DNA of 64,000 nucleotides, from the NCBI RefSeq assembly GCF_006345805.1, contig NC_043005.1, positions 58,156,001 to 58,220,000 of the forward strand, given 5' to 3'. The stretch comes from Octopus sinensis. Taxonomy: Eukaryota. The notes below the pieces were generated by a model, which did no database searches, was not told where the DNA came from, and saw only the letters and a program-made list of their open reading frames with translations. A program made the translations under genes and the position numbers. Each line of letters begins with the position of its first letter. The stretch's first letter is position 1. Shown here piece after piece: positions 63,335 to 64,000 of the stretch.

Positions 63335-64000
63335 AGCCCCCTCCTATTTATCATAGTCCTCCAGGCAATAACGGAGGAATTCAAGACAGGATGCCCTTGG
63401 GAGCTCCTCTATGCTGATGACCTTGCTCTAATTGCTGAGTCGCTATCAGAACTGGAGGAGAAGTTTCAGGTGTGGAAACAAGGATTAGAATCGAAGGGCC
63501 TCAGAGTCAATCTAGCTAAAACCAAAGTCGTAATCAGTAGGAAGGTAGACAAATCACAAACACCTTCAGGTAGATGGCCCTGCTCGATCTGTAGAAAAGG
63601 TGTAGGTAGAAACTCTATAAGATGCACCAAGTGTAAGCTATGGACACATAAGAGATGCAGCAATGTCAAAGGAAGGCTAACTAGGAAGATGGTTTTGTAT
63701 GTGGCAGATGCTCAGGAACAATAAACACTGAAAATGCTCTGAGACCAACTTCCGTCACTTTCGGGAGAAAAACTAGAAATAGTTGATAGTTTCCGTTACC
63801 TAGGTGACCAAGTCAGCAGCGGGGGTGGGTGTGCTGAAAGTGTAACTGCTAGAGTAAGAATAGCTTGGGCAAAGTTCAGAGAGCTCTTACCTCTGCTGGT
63901 GACAAAAGGCCTCTCGCACAGAGTGAAAGGCAGACTGTATGATGCGTGTGTACGAACAGCCATGCTACATGGCAGTGAAACATGGGCCGTGACTGCTGAG
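63335..64000 (+). mobile_element. RTE LINE fragment running off the window
   Basis: SPLLFIIVLQAITEEFKTGCPWELLYADD...WPCSICRKG...WTHKRC; frameshift near 63705. Confidence 0.9.

Overview
AT-rich, repeat-dense eukaryotic DNA, most likely from an octopod cephalopod; this is inferred from recalled SINE and RTE families, not from a search. Most listed ORFs are artefacts of (TA)n/(CA)n microsatellites or antisense repeat frames. Recognisable coding remnants are all transposon-derived: a 5'-truncated RTE LINE with a near-intact RT ORF carrying an inserted PHD-type finger (27.6-30.3 kb), five further RTE fragments, an R4/Dong restriction-like endonuclease fragment, a hAT transposase fragment with an intact right end, Tc1/mariner remnants, and a Penelope-like GIY-YIG remnant. 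Non-coding repeats include two or three tRNA-derived SINE families, non-autonomous Helitrons and Helentron/DINE-like elements, TTAA-flanked MITEs, and a 1051-bp tandem duplication. Several phase-compatible, splice-site-bounded exons suggest an unidentified minus-strand host gene running from a CpG-rich region near 46-47 kb to below 1.6 kb. The most notable signal is a set of minimal type-I hammerhead ribozyme motifs from three different repeat families (for example 16054-16101 on + and 63205-63282 on -). They have palindromic helix III, and one lies upstream of the Penelope-like remnant on the same strand. All coordinates and counts were read by eye.
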